64,000 nt of DNA. It comes from Bacteroidales bacterium. Its GTDB lineage: Bacteria; Bacteroidota; Bacteroidia; Bacteroidales; Muribaculaceae. The DNA lies in assembly GCA_004552725.1 (NCBI GenBank), contig SFNM01000001.1, forward strand, positions 7,710 through 71,709, in the 5' to 3' direction. This document shows positions 20,413 to 29,748 of the stretch, piece by piece. How positions within the stretch are numbered: position 1 is the stretch's first letter; each line of letters begins with the position of its first letter. Both the position numbers and the translations under genes were made by a program. The notes beneath the pieces are model-generated. The model made no database searches. It was given only the letters and a program-made list of their open reading frames with translations, and was not told the origin of the DNA.

Positions 20413-21579
20413 CTACTCGATGGCGAAGGTGGTGAGCACGGGCAAGTGGTCCGACGCCCGCGACCCGCCGATGCGCATGCTAAGCGGCTTGAGGCGGCCG
20501 CGATAGAGCACGTGGTCGATGCGGAAATAGAAGCGGTCGACGTAGTAGGTGATAGCCGGTCCGAAAGCCACCTCGCTGTAGACCTGACGCATACCGGCGT
20601 CGGCGAGCCGGTGGAGGGTGTAGCAACCCGGCACGTCGTTGAAATCGCCCGCCACGATGGCGGTTTCGCCGCCGAATTTGTGCAAGTAATTCACGATACG
20701 CTCGGCCTCGGCTGCACGGCGCTCGGCAGCGCGTTGTATCTTGCTAAGCAAGCGCGAGCGCACCAGCCCCATGCCGCTGCGCAGGTCGATGGTGTCGTTG
20801 TTGGCCGAAGTAAGGTCTTGATACAGACTCTTGTCGCTGTGAGTGAGGCTATAGCATTGTAGGTGGACATTCACCAAGGCCACCTGCACCCCCTCGATGG
20901 TGAGGTGAGCCACCCCAATCATGCTGCGCTTGGAGGCGGTGCCGGTATGCACCGCTTCCGCCGGGTATTTCGACATAATCATCTGGGTATAGCCGTTCAT
21001 CATGATGTAGGGATAGCGCCGATACAGGCTGTCGATTTGGCTCTGCGCTATCACCGTGTTCTTGATCGGCTTCTCCACCAGCGGTGCGGCCTCTTGGATG
21101 CACACCACGTCGGCATCGGCCTGCAGTATGTAACTGATGGCCGGATTGCAGCCATCGGGGTATTCGCCCGATTGGCTGGTGAAATTCTCCACGTTGAAAC
21201 TAAGCAAAGTGAATGTGGGCGAGCCCTCCTTAGCCGAAGGCTCGCACACATGGAGCGGAGCGAAATCGAGGATGGCGTGGAAGCATACCGCCACAGCCAA
21301 GCCGCACACCACCAGCGCTTTGCGACACCAAAGCGCGTCGAGAATTATCATCAACAACAAAAACAGCAACCACCCGGGGAAGAGCATCACCATCACGCAC
21401 GCACCGGGGTAGACCGTCGGATGGCCGTGCCCGCCAAACGACGACACCACCATGCCCAGCAGCGCCACGAAACTAAGCGTCATCAGCGCCGCGCGGTAGG
21501 TGCGCCGCCATGCGCGTCGTCCCCGCCCCATCTGCGTTTGCGTTTTGGTTTGCGTTTGCGTTTTAGTTGCCATATTCAT
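20413..21579 (-). CDS. Endonuclease/exonuclease/phosphatase family membrane protein
   Basis: N-terminal TM helices, SFNV, DVVCIQE, GDFND, RIDHV and SDH motifs. Confidence 0.88.
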   Translation of the reverse strand: MNMATKTQTQTKTQTQMGRGRRAWRRTYRAALMTLSFVALLGMVVSSFGGHGHPTVYPGACVMVMLFPGWLLFLLLMIILDALWCRKALVVCGLAVAVCFHAILDFAPLHVCEPSAKEGSPTFTLLSFNVENFTSQSGEYPDGCNPAISYILQADADVVCIQEAAPLVEKPIKNTVIAQSQIDSLYRRYPYIMMNGYTQMIMSKYPAEAVHTGTASKRSMIGVAHLTIEGVQVALVNVHLQCYSLTHSDKSLYQDLTSANNDTIDLRSGMGLVRSRLLSKIQRAAERRAAEAERIVNYLHKFGGETAIVAGDFNDVPGCYTLHRLADAGMRQVYSEVAFGPAITYYVDRFYFRIDHVLYRGRLKPLSMRIGGSRASDHLPVLTTFAIE

Positions 21580-22232
21580 TTTTGGTTTGACATACTAAAT
21601 AACTGCTTGCGTTCGGCTTCGGTAAGCGAGCCGTAGCCGCTACGTTCCACCTTCGCTATCAACGCATCGACGGTGCACTTCCTACGAGTGCACCATCCGA
21701 TGCCCACGCCCACGGCGATGCCGCTCAAGTGGGCCACATCGCCCCCGGGATTGGGCCCGAACGCGATGCACAGCACGATTAACGCCACGGCGGCAAGCGC
21801 CAGCGTGCGTACCGACACTTTCACCTTCATCAGAGCCAAGCGGGTGCGCTCTCCGCGCATCAGCGCCATCGCCCCGAGGGTGAGCACCGCCGCCGACGCT
21901 CCGGCAAGCGTCATAGCCTTGCCGGCCAACGCGCTGATGAGCACGAACGACGCTCCGCCGGCCACGGCACCCGCCAAGTAGGCCGCAAGCACCGTCAATC
22001 TACGGTAGTGCCGCTCCAAGCGGCGCCCAATCATCAGCAGCGCGAACATATTCACCGCAAAATGCATCGTAGCATCGTGGGTGAAGGCGTAGGTGAGCAA
22101 TGTCCACCATCGCTCGGGCCATTGCGCACTATCAAGCGCAGTGGGCAGGGCGATGCCACCGCTTATCAAGGCATAAACCGCAGTGTTTATGCCTACCAGA
22201 GTGTATGTGGAGTATGCGGGCTTGTGCGCCAT
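21576..22232 (-). CDS. Rhomboid family intramembrane serine protease
   Basis: H...NM, GASA and AHLSG motifs. The start overlaps the upstream stop (TGATG). Confidence 0.8.
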   Translation of the reverse strand: MAHKPAYSTYTLVGINTAVYALISGGIALPTALDSAQWPERWWTLLTYAFTHDATMHFAVNMFALLMIGRRLERHYRRLTVLAAYLAGAVAGGASFVLISALAGKAMTLAGASAAVLTLGAMALMRGERTRLALMKVKVSVRTLALAAVALIVLCIAFGPNPGGDVAHLSGIAVGVGIGWCTRRKCTVDALIAKVERSGYGSLTEAERKQLFSMSNQK

Positions 22233-22972
22233 CAGAAGAACCATCCATTGCGGAAAACGCCCTTGCGTTTCCACCATATAATCAGAATGATGCCGCCAAT
22301 CATGCCGCCCAAGTGCGCGAAGTGAGCCACGTTGTCGGCCACACCGCCCAAGCCTTGCACCAATTCCAACACACCGTAGCCGATTACAAGCCATTTGGCT
22401 TTCACCGGATAGGGAATGAAGAAAATATATACAGGTGCGTTGGGGAACAGCATGCCGAACGCCAACAGCACGCCGTAGATGGCGCCCGAAGCGCCCACCA
22501 TCGTGCCGTTAATCAGCGCGTTCAGTTCGCCGATGTCGCCCACATAGTTGTAGCCGGTGCGTATCAACTCCCAGCCCTGCTCCTCGAGCAGAGCCACATC
22601 CGCCGGTGTCATGCCCAGCATGTTCACATAGTGGTTGATTGCCACGGCGTAGGCACCCATCTGCACCAACGCGGCCACCAAGCCGCAGGTGATATAGTAG
22701 CCCAAGAAGCGAGCGCTGCCCATCGAGCGCTCGATGACGCCACCGAACATTACCAAAGCGAACATGTTGAAGAACAAGTGGGTGAGTCCGCCATGGAGAA
22801 ACATGTGAGTGAACAGTTGCGCCGGATTAAAGCCCGGCGAACTGATATAGTGCAAGCCCAGCAGACGCGAGAACGTGTCGTCGATACTCGGCGATATGGC
22901 CATTACAAGCCATATCAACCCATTCACTATCAATAGATTTTTTATTACCGGAGGAAGAGGTGGAAATCGCAT
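22232..22972 (-). CDS. Rhomboid family intramembrane serine protease
   Basis: HLFFNMF, GASGAIYG and AHLGG motifs. Confidence 0.92.
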   Translation of the reverse strand: MRFPPLPPVIKNLLIVNGLIWLVMAISPSIDDTFSRLLGLHYISSPGFNPAQLFTHMFLHGGLTHLFFNMFALVMFGGVIERSMGSARFLGYYITCGLVAALVQMGAYAVAINHYVNMLGMTPADVALLEEQGWELIRTGYNYVGDIGELNALINGTMVGASGAIYGVLLAFGMLFPNAPVYIFFIPYPVKAKWLVIGYGVLELVQGLGGVADNVAHFAHLGGMIGGIILIIWWKRKGVFRNGWFF

Positions 22973-23076
22973 TGCTTTCTATAATTTGTTTTCAGACCGC
23001 AAAGATACGAAAAATCCACCAACACCGCAAATCAAAATTGCGGGGTTGGTGGATTGTACTTACCTATATCTTCCGA

Positions 23077-25824
23077 TTATTTCACAGACACTTTGAACGA
23101 GCGACCATCTACGCGTACCACGTAGATGCCTGCTTGCAGGTTGTCGAGCGATACGGCTCGACCATCGAGGGTGTAAGCCGATGCAGCGGTGTAGTCGCCC
23201 AAGATGTCGATGCAGCCTTCGCCGCCCACTACGATGAAGTCATCACCTTGATTATCGGTGGTGATGTCTTCCACGCCTGCCACATTGGTGGTGGCGAACA
23301 CGGCGAACGAGTTGGGTTCGACCGATACCGACACGGTGCCGGAGCCGTTCAAAGTCGGCTCGGTTTTGTATGTGGCGCAAATAAGTTGCGAGTTCGATGC
23401 CGACAGGTACGAAGTCGATGCAGTCACCGATATGGCGCTGCCGGAAGTGTTGGAGTTGATGAAAGCCACCACTTCCTTGTTGCCGTTGCGGATGATGATG
23501 GTGCGCGGTTTGCTCATCGAGCCTTCCATGCCGGAGGGAATGAACTGCACGCCCGAGCCCCACAGGTCGGGGTTGTCTTTACGCAGCGAGATGAGGGCGC
23601 GGAACACGTCGTGGAGTGCTTCGTAGGTAGCATCCTCCATGCGCGACCAAATCACCTTCTTGGGGTCGGTGTTGTTGCCCGACGAGTTCTTTGTGCTTTG
23701 GTCAGCAGCGAGTTCGCCGAATTGCCAAATCATTTTCGGACCGGGGATGAGCAGCAGTTGGGCGGCCATCGAGCCGATACGACGGCACTTGTTGGCCTTC
23801 GACTTGATGGCTGTGGTGGCGTTGGCGGTAATCTTGTAGCCGGTGCGTTCTTCGTCGTGGCTTTCAGCGTAGGCGATGATAGAGCCGGCGGGACGACCGT
23901 AAGAGTCCCACATCTGGCTCATCTTGCCGCCTTGGGTGTCTTCGTCGTAGCCCATAGCGAATTGAGCGCAGTTGTGCGAGAAATTAGCCCAGCAGAGTTG
24001 GCCGTCGTTGGCCATCTCGGTCTCTTCTTGAGCGCCGGCGAGGTTTTCGTTGATGTGGATACCGTTAGCCTTCACGGATTTAATAAAGGAGTGAAGGCGC
24101 TTGGTGTTGGTCACGCGCGAGGAGTTGTAGCCGTCGGTGCCGCCACCGTAGGAGTTGTTCGAGCCCAGACCTTTCACCAAGTCGAAGCGGAAACCGTCCA
24201 CATTGTAAGCAGTCATCCAATATTTGATAGCATCTTCCCATTGTTGCCATACCAGAGCGTTGTCTTGGTTCCAGTCGTTGAGCACGCTGTAGGCGTGGGG
24301 AGCAGTCTTATTGTAGAAGGGGTTGGATTCGATGGGATACATCTGATACCAAGGATGGAGACCATCGCTTTGGTTGAACACGATGTCGAGGATAACGGCG
24401 ATGCCGTTTTGGTGACAGATTTCGATGAAATCTTTGTAATCTTTGGGCGAACCGTAGGCCTTATCGGGAGCCATGTAGAAGTTGGTGTTGTAGCCCCACG
24501 AATTATTGCCGTTGAACTCCATGATAGGCATGAGTTCTACGGCGTTGACGCCTAAGTCGACCAAATACGGGATTTTTTCGATAGCCTGACGGATGGTGCC
24601 GTTACCTTCGGCAGCATCCACAGTGCCGGTGAAGTCGCGCAGCAACAATTCGTAGATGATGAGGTTGTCGTGAGCGGGGATGGTGAAGTTGGAGAACTTA
24701 TAATCGTCCAAATTGCCCTGGTAAACGGCCAGCATGGTGTTGTCGAAGCGGTCGTAGGGATACTGCGGGCAGTCGGGCCATACGGTCTTGTCCAGATACT
24801 TGTCGCTATAGCAGTCGAGCACCAGGTGAGCGTAGGGGTCGGCCACCTTGGTAGTGCCGTCCACGATGTAGAAATAGGGATAAGCGGTGGTATTGTCCAA
24901 GCCCGATACGGTAATCCAGAAATAGCGATTACCGTTATAGTCTTGGTACGACATCACGTTCTCATTGCGCACCTCATAGTTGTCCCACGAAGGCACGAGG
25001 ATAACGGTCTTCTTATTCGGCGCAGCCAAGCAGAAGGTCACGGTGCCGTCAGCGTTCTTCACGGCGCCCATTTTGGGGGTGCCGCCTGGGTAGTTGGCCT
25101 GCTTCGAGGCTTCAGGCACGGTCACTTTGAATTGCTTGGTGACGGTTTGGCCGGAAGTCGACTTAGCAGTAGCGGTGAAGGTGTAAGCACCGAGGGCGGA
25201 GAACTTGTAGGTGTGCTTGAGTTCGTTGGCCGATGCTTGGTGAGCCAGTTGAGTGCCGTTCACATCGAGGGTGAGGTCGGCATTTTCGCTACAAGCCACG
25301 GTGAGGGTGATAGACTCGCCCACCGAGGCGATGCCTTCGTTGTTCGACGACACCAGTGCTACGTTAAAGCCGTCGGGGTGCACATCGATGAAGATGTCGC
25401 CGCCGGCCGCGGTCTTACCCTCTTTGCTACCGGTTGCATCGCGGAATACCATAGCGATGCGTTCCACAGTTTCGCCGTCGGCGATGCCGAAGTAGGATTT
25501 TAAGTCGCCGATGTTGAGGGTGTAAGTGTTGGCGCTCACGTATGTGAGTTTGTACTTAGCGGAGTTATCGAGCCACTTGGGAGCGTACTTCCAGTCGGAA
25601 GCGCCGGTAGAGTTGCTGGTAATCAGGCCGATGTGAGCGTAGATAGCTGTAGATGAGGAAAGGTTTGCCAGCGCCTTATTCGATTCATCTGCATTAGGAT
25701 GATAAGTGAGCACGATGTTCTGACTGCTTTGAGTCAGCAAAGGCGGGTTTGAGGTCACGATTTGTGCATACGAGCACAAAATCGAAGCCACAAACATCGA
25801 AAGAAATAGTAAAGATTTTTTCAT
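23077..25824 (-). CDS. GH13 alpha-amylase family protein with a T9SS-like C-terminal domain
   Basis: SWGYN, DIVFN, DGFRFD and AESHDE catalytic regions, a signal peptide, and a C-terminal YTLDGR...GIYVV...KV motif. Confidence 0.9.
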   Translation of the reverse strand: MKKSLLFLSMFVASILCSYAQIVTSNPPLLTQSSQNIVLTYHPNADESNKALANLSSSTAIYAHIGLITSNSTGASDWKYAPKWLDNSAKYKLTYVSANTYTLNIGDLKSYFGIADGETVERIAMVFRDATGSKEGKTAAGGDIFIDVHPDGFNVALVSSNNEGIASVGESITLTVACSENADLTLDVNGTQLAHQASANELKHTYKFSALGAYTFTATAKSTSGQTVTKQFKVTVPEASKQANYPGGTPKMGAVKNADGTVTFCLAAPNKKTVILVPSWDNYEVRNENVMSYQDYNGNRYFWITVSGLDNTTAYPYFYIVDGTTKVADPYAHLVLDCYSDKYLDKTVWPDCPQYPYDRFDNTMLAVYQGNLDDYKFSNFTIPAHDNLIIYELLLRDFTGTVDAAEGNGTIRQAIEKIPYLVDLGVNAVELMPIMEFNGNNSWGYNTNFYMAPDKAYGSPKDYKDFIEICHQNGIAVILDIVFNQSDGLHPWYQMYPIESNPFYNKTAPHAYSVLNDWNQDNALVWQQWEDAIKYWMTAYNVDGFRFDLVKGLGSNNSYGGGTDGYNSSRVTNTKRLHSFIKSVKANGIHINENLAGAQEETEMANDGQLCWANFSHNCAQFAMGYDEDTQGGKMSQMWDSYGRPAGSIIAYAESHDEERTGYKITANATTAIKSKANKCRRIGSMAAQLLLIPGPKMIWQFGELAADQSTKNSSGNNTDPKKVIWSRMEDATYEALHDVFRALISLRKDNPDLWGSGVQFIPSGMEGSMSKPRTIIIRNGNKEVVAFINSNTSGSAISVTASTSYLSASNSQLICATYKTEPTLNGSGTVSVSVEPNSFAVFATTNVAGVEDITTDNQGDDFIVVGGEGCIDILGDYTAASAYTLDGRAVSLDNLQAGIYVVRVDGRSFKVSVK

Positions 25825-25963
25825 GATGTATAGTTAAGTATAATAGTTGCAGTGCACTTGGTATAGATTGGTCCAAATATCTACGAGTGCAAATTTAGCC
25901 ATTATTTTGCAAACCACAAAAAAATCGCCCCAAAAAACTTCCTTCCGGCTGAATATGCACTCT

Positions 25964-26287
25964 TCAAGTGAGTGCGATATTCATCTTGCCACAAGTGAGC
26001 GTTACCGCCATACCTAACGCATTAAAAGCGCGAATTACAGTACTGAACGTGGGGTTACTGCCACGTTCAATCCTACTGACTTGAGCCTTTTTTACCCCCA
26101 TCCGTTGAGCCAACTCGTCTTGCGTCATATCTCGTTCTTTTCGCGCGGCACGTATGGCTTCACCGATGTGATACGATTGAATAGCCTCGCGTACATCAGC
26201 CTCAAACGCATCGCGTCGTGCGGTTCCGACTTTACCCAAATACTTATCTTCGAGTTCTTCAATTGTGACGTAGTCCATTTGTGCCAT
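25964..26287 (-). CDS. higA: XRE-family HTH antitoxin (HigA-like)
   Basis: MTQDELAQRMGVKKAQVSRIERG HTH, downstream of a RelE-like gene. Confidence 0.8.
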   Translation of the reverse strand: MAQMDYVTIEELEDKYLGKVGTARRDAFEADVREAIQSYHIGEAIRAARKERDMTQDELAQRMGVKKAQVSRIERGSNPTFSTVIRAFNALGMAVTLTCGKMNIALT

Positions 26288-26290
26288 AGT

Positions 26291-26632
26291 CTATTGATTT
26301 TTAGAGTTAAACCATTCTTTACGGATTGCCTTCGCTTTGTCCTTCTCGCGCTGCGGCGTCTTTTGCGACTTCTTGATAATGCCGTGGGTGGCAATTACCA
26401 GAGTTTCGCCGTCTGTATCCCAAAAGGCGAACAATCGATATGCAATACCTTGCCATAAAGTGCGAAACCCCCAAATATCTTCATCGAGTTTCTTAAACAA
26501 GTCTTTGTCTTGCACACCATACCGCACTTTGCGAATATTGTACAGCACTTTCTCTCTAACTTTGTCAGGAAGCGCATCAAGAAATACTTGAGCATCCCTT
26601 AAAGCAATGAGTTTGAAAAGAGGCCTATCCAT
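26291..26632 (-). CDS. higB: RelE/ParE-superfamily toxin (HigB/Gp49-like)
   Basis: FKKL...IW.FRT...YRLFAF...THG..KK.QKTP motif and toxin-first gene order. Confidence 0.82.
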   Translation of the reverse strand: MDRPLFKLIALRDAQVFLDALPDKVREKVLYNIRKVRYGVQDKDLFKKLDEDIWGFRTLWQGIAYRLFAFWDTDGETLVIATHGIIKKSQKTPQREKDKAKAIRKEWFNSKNQ

Positions 26633-26651
26633 GTCATTTTAAATTATGTCG

Positions 26652-26682
26652 CAAAGATACAAAAAAATCTACATATATAGAT
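26652..26682 (-). promoter_or_regulatory. higBA promoter -7 box with a palindromic operator candidate
   Basis: TATCTTTG (minus strand, 26652-26659) and imperfect palindrome ATCTACATATATAGAT (26667-26682). Confidence 0.5.
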
Positions 26683-26797
26683 ACTTTTCTGCATTTTTAA
26701 CAAATTATTCTCGCGCTGCAAACGAAGCGCACGAGAAAGCATATAAGGGCGCTTTCTCGTGCGTTAAGGATGCAACGCGCTGATTTTCAGCGGTGCT

Positions 26798-26820
26798 TGT
26801 GGAGTTGGAGGCTCTCGTCC
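26798..26820 (-). other. Putative att site: displaced 3' fragment of tmRNA (ssrA)
   Basis: The minus strand reads GGACGAGAGCCTCCAACTCCACA, resembling a tmRNA 3' end lacking its T-loop. It lies ~190 bp past the integrase stop and is flanked by CGCTGATTTTCAGC copies. Confidence 0.55.
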
Positions 26821-27010
26821 GCGCGTTTTGGGCTGTTTTGCGGCGTTTTGCATTAGTACGGCTCGCCGCTGATTTTCAGCCATTTGGCCGCTTCCGAGCG
26901 AAACAGAGCGAAACACTTCGGACGGGCTGTCGTGGCCATTTTTGGGTGCTTTTTCGGGTGCCGGCTTTCAGGCACCCGAAGACGGGGCGAAACAGCCCGC
27001 AACGGCGATG

Positions 27011-28318
27011 CTATTTTGTATCGCCGCCGAAGGTGTTGAAAAGCGCCATATTTTCAGCCTTGGCCGCATCCACAATTTTTATATAAGGCTTCATGGCTTT
27101 ATAATCCGAGTGCCCCGTCCATTCCATCACCACCGCCGGGGGAATCCCCAGCCGCAGGGCAGTAACCACGAAGGTGCGCCGGCCGGCATGCGTCGAAAGT
27201 ACAGCGTATTTCGGCACCACGCACTCACGGCGCAGCTGCCCGATGTAGGACACCACACGCACGGGAGCATCAAGCCCCGCCACCTTTGCGGCTTCATGCA
27301 GCGCTTCATTCATTTTCTGGTTAGAGATGACCGGGAGCGCCAAACCGCGGGGCAGAGGCGCATCGGCATATTTAGCCAGCAGCGCCAGCGCGTAGTCATT
27401 CAGTTCGATGCGCAGGCGGTCGGTGGTCTTCTTCGTTACCACCGAGATGTAAGGCGGCTTCGCATCGGCATGAACATCCACCCGCGCCAATTTCGCCGCG
27501 TCGGAGTATCGCAAGCCGGTGAAGCAGCAGAAGCAGAACACATCGCGCACATGAGCAAGCGCCGGGCGAGCGCCGAAGTCAAAGTGAAGGAAGTGCACAA
27601 GCTCGTCCCATTCCAAAAATATCACTTCTTTGCAGTCAAGCCCTTTAAACCGCGGACGGAACACCTCGTGGGCGTTACCTTTATAGAAGCCATTCGCGGC
27701 CGCCCAGCGCAAGAACCAGCGCAAGAACCCCACATGCTTAGCCGCGGTGGTATTCGCCAGCCCCTTTTTTTCTTGCAGGAAATTCACCCACCGGGCGAAG
27801 TCATCTTTATCGAACTTCTCAAGGTCAAGAGCAGCGCCCCAATCCACCAGCGAGCGCCGCACGCTTCCGAACTTCATCAACGTGGCTCGCGTCCAGTTAT
27901 TCGAGGCGCTCTGTTCCGCGACGAAGCGGTCGAAGGCATCGAGGAACGCCGAGCCGCTATCTTTGGGCGAGGGCTTCGAGCGCCCCGCGGCATCGTTAAA
28001 AGCCGCCGTAAATTCAGCCACCGAGGGAGCAGCGCCGCCGACATTCGCCGCCAGCCGTTCCAACACCTCCTCGGCCAAGGTGGCTAATTTGAGCAGGGCG
28101 CGGTTAATCTCCGCCGCAGTTTGCTTATATTGATTTTTATAGCCCGGACGAACGCACCCCTTCACCGCGTCCCATTTGGCGGGGGCGCACACATAACCGG
28201 AGCGGATGTCGCACCGCTTCCCGCCCCACGACACCCGCAGGCGGATGGGCAATTCGGCATCGGCATCGCCTCCGGCCGAGCCGCGGCGAAAGAGGGCGAA
28301 TTTAAAGCTACATTTCAT
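27011..28318 (-). CDS. Tyrosine recombinase/integrase (Bacteroidetes type with arm-binding and SAM-like domains)
   Basis: TGLRYSD, KKT, THAGRRTF, TGH and PY catalytic residues. Confidence 0.95.
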   Translation of the reverse strand: MKCSFKFALFRRGSAGGDADAELPIRLRVSWGGKRCDIRSGYVCAPAKWDAVKGCVRPGYKNQYKQTAAEINRALLKLATLAEEVLERLAANVGGAAPSVAEFTAAFNDAAGRSKPSPKDSGSAFLDAFDRFVAEQSASNNWTRATLMKFGSVRRSLVDWGAALDLEKFDKDDFARWVNFLQEKKGLANTTAAKHVGFLRWFLRWAAANGFYKGNAHEVFRPRFKGLDCKEVIFLEWDELVHFLHFDFGARPALAHVRDVFCFCCFTGLRYSDAAKLARVDVHADAKPPYISVVTKKTTDRLRIELNDYALALLAKYADAPLPRGLALPVISNQKMNEALHEAAKVAGLDAPVRVVSYIGQLRRECVVPKYAVLSTHAGRRTFVVTALRLGIPPAVVMEWTGHSDYKAMKPYIKIVDAAKAENMALFNTFGGDTK

Positions 28319-28646
28319 CGGCGGGAGTTTTAGGTGTTTTTACGTATAGCGAGCCGCGGCCACAGAGCAGCCACTCAGCGCTCACGCCGTACTCGCGCAC
28401 CAGCACCGCCAGCGCATCCAGTTCCACGGCCTTATAACGGCAGCGCGAGCCACCGACGGCCGCGTCGGCATTCACACCATAGAGCAGCCGGAGTTCACGA
28501 TAACGGGGCGAAGACAGCCCGTGGGCATCGCACAAACCGCTGAGCGACGACACAGCGCCGTCGGCTACCAATTGAGTCACCGCGGCGAAGAACCGCCGCG
28601 AAATGGCAGCGCTCACCTGCGAGGGCGCGGCAGAGTATCTGGCCAT
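28308..28646 (-). CDS. HTH-like DNA-binding protein
   Basis: C-terminal YGVSAEWLLCGRG motif typical of phage repressor-type HTH domains. Overlaps the integrase start. Confidence 0.6.
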   Translation of the reverse strand: MARYSAAPSQVSAAISRRFFAAVTQLVADGAVSSLSGLCDAHGLSSPRYRELRLLYGVNADAAVGGSRCRYKAVELDALAVLVREYGVSAEWLLCGRGSLYVKTPKTPADEM

Positions 28647-28829
28647 AATTCGTGCGGGGCTTTATCATGGAGTTCAACAAGCAGGGCATCCGGCACGCGC
28701 ACCGAGGGCGAGCCGGCAAGCCATGCCTCCTCCAGCAGGTTAAACAACGGCCGCGGCATATAGCCATAAAGCGCCTCGGCAAAGTATAGAGTTTTAACGG
28801 GTACAACCATAATTATATATATAATCAAT

Positions 28830-29042
28830 TTACCAGCATATAATAAAGAAGTATATAAAGGTGGCCAGCAGCACCAGGCACCCCACGATGCAGCCGCAAG
28901 TGCTCATCGGCGACTTCGGCTCGGGCAACTTCGGCCGCGGCGGCTCGGGAGCACCCCCGGCGGCTTCCCACGGGTCGAACGCTTCCAGTTCCGGGCTTTT
29001 ATATTCCCAAGGGTCGTAAGGCTTTTTGCTTTCGTTTTTCAT
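28830..29042 (-). CDS. Small single-pass membrane protein
   Basis: Pro-rich N-terminus and C-terminal hydrophobic helix, in the lysogeny module. Confidence 0.5.
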   Translation of the reverse strand: MKNESKKPYDPWEYKSPELEAFDPWEAAGGAPEPPRPKLPEPKSPMSTCGCIVGCLVLLATFIYFFIICW

Positions 29043-29142
29043 TTTGATTCAGTTATTATTTTGCGGGAGGATGGGCACCAGCCGGCCGGCCAAGAGCACC
29101 AGCGGGCAGTTAAACGGGCAATAGCCCCGCTCTAATTCGCGC

Positions 29143-29574
29143 CTATATTGTTTTTTCCATCACACCCACCTCGGCCAATTTAGCAATTAGATTCTGCTGA
29201 TTTTCCACGATGCCCATCAAGCGGTCGCGTTGGGCGCATTCATCGGCAAGCCTTTTCTCGAGGGTGTCCAATTTGGCCACTATAGCGGCGAGCATCTCCG
29301 AGGGCGAGGGCTGCGGCTCGACTTCGGCGGGAACGTCATTTTTTTCGGCGCTCCGTAGCATCTCGCCCTCGCCGGCAAGAAGCCAAAAATGGCTAACTTC
29401 CGGCATATATTCCAAAATCCCTTTCGCCAGCGATGGAGAGAGCGATTTTGTATTACCTTTCAAAATTTCTCGTATTGCCTGCGGAGTTTTTGCCCCTACA
29501 GCAATAGCGAATTTCGGAATTGTAAGCTTCGAATATTTAATCAATTCGTTGATTCTATCCGCTAAAACAGCCAT
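29143..29574 (-). CDS. CI-like HTH repressor, copy 1
   Basis: LADRINELIK...FAIAVG...WLLAGEGEML plus a C-terminal coiled coil, divergent from a rightward operon. Confidence 0.75.
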   Translation of the reverse strand: MAVLADRINELIKYSKLTIPKFAIAVGAKTPQAIREILKGNTKSLSPSLAKGILEYMPEVSHFWLLAGEGEMLRSAEKNDVPAEVEPQPSPSEMLAAIVAKLDTLEKRLADECAQRDRLMGIVENQQNLIAKLAEVGVMEKTI

Positions 29575-29629
29575 ATAAGATAATAAAGTGTTAATAATAC
29601 TTAAATAATTAGCAAAAATAATATACCAT

Positions 29630-29748
29630 ATTGCAAAAACCAATATTTCTCATTACCTTTGCACAGGGTTTTAAAAGACGCTACAAAGTTAATAAAAAAC
29701 GAACAAATAAGCAATAACAAAAAACCCCTAAAAACCCGCAGAATTATG
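29630..29748. promoter_or_regulatory. Switch region 1: face-to-face promoters and leader
   Basis: TACCTTTG (+, 29654-29661) and TAACTTTG (-, 29684-29691). Near-duplicate of 31950-32065. Confidence 0.65.

Noticed and set aside
14592..24555. Long plus-strand ORFs (14592-16154, 16596-17534, 22960-24555)
   Set aside because: They are antisense to well-supported RND and GH13 genes, typical GC-rich shadow frames.
26942..28087. 381-aa plus-strand ORF
   Set aside because: Antisense to the integrase, which has all catalytic motifs.
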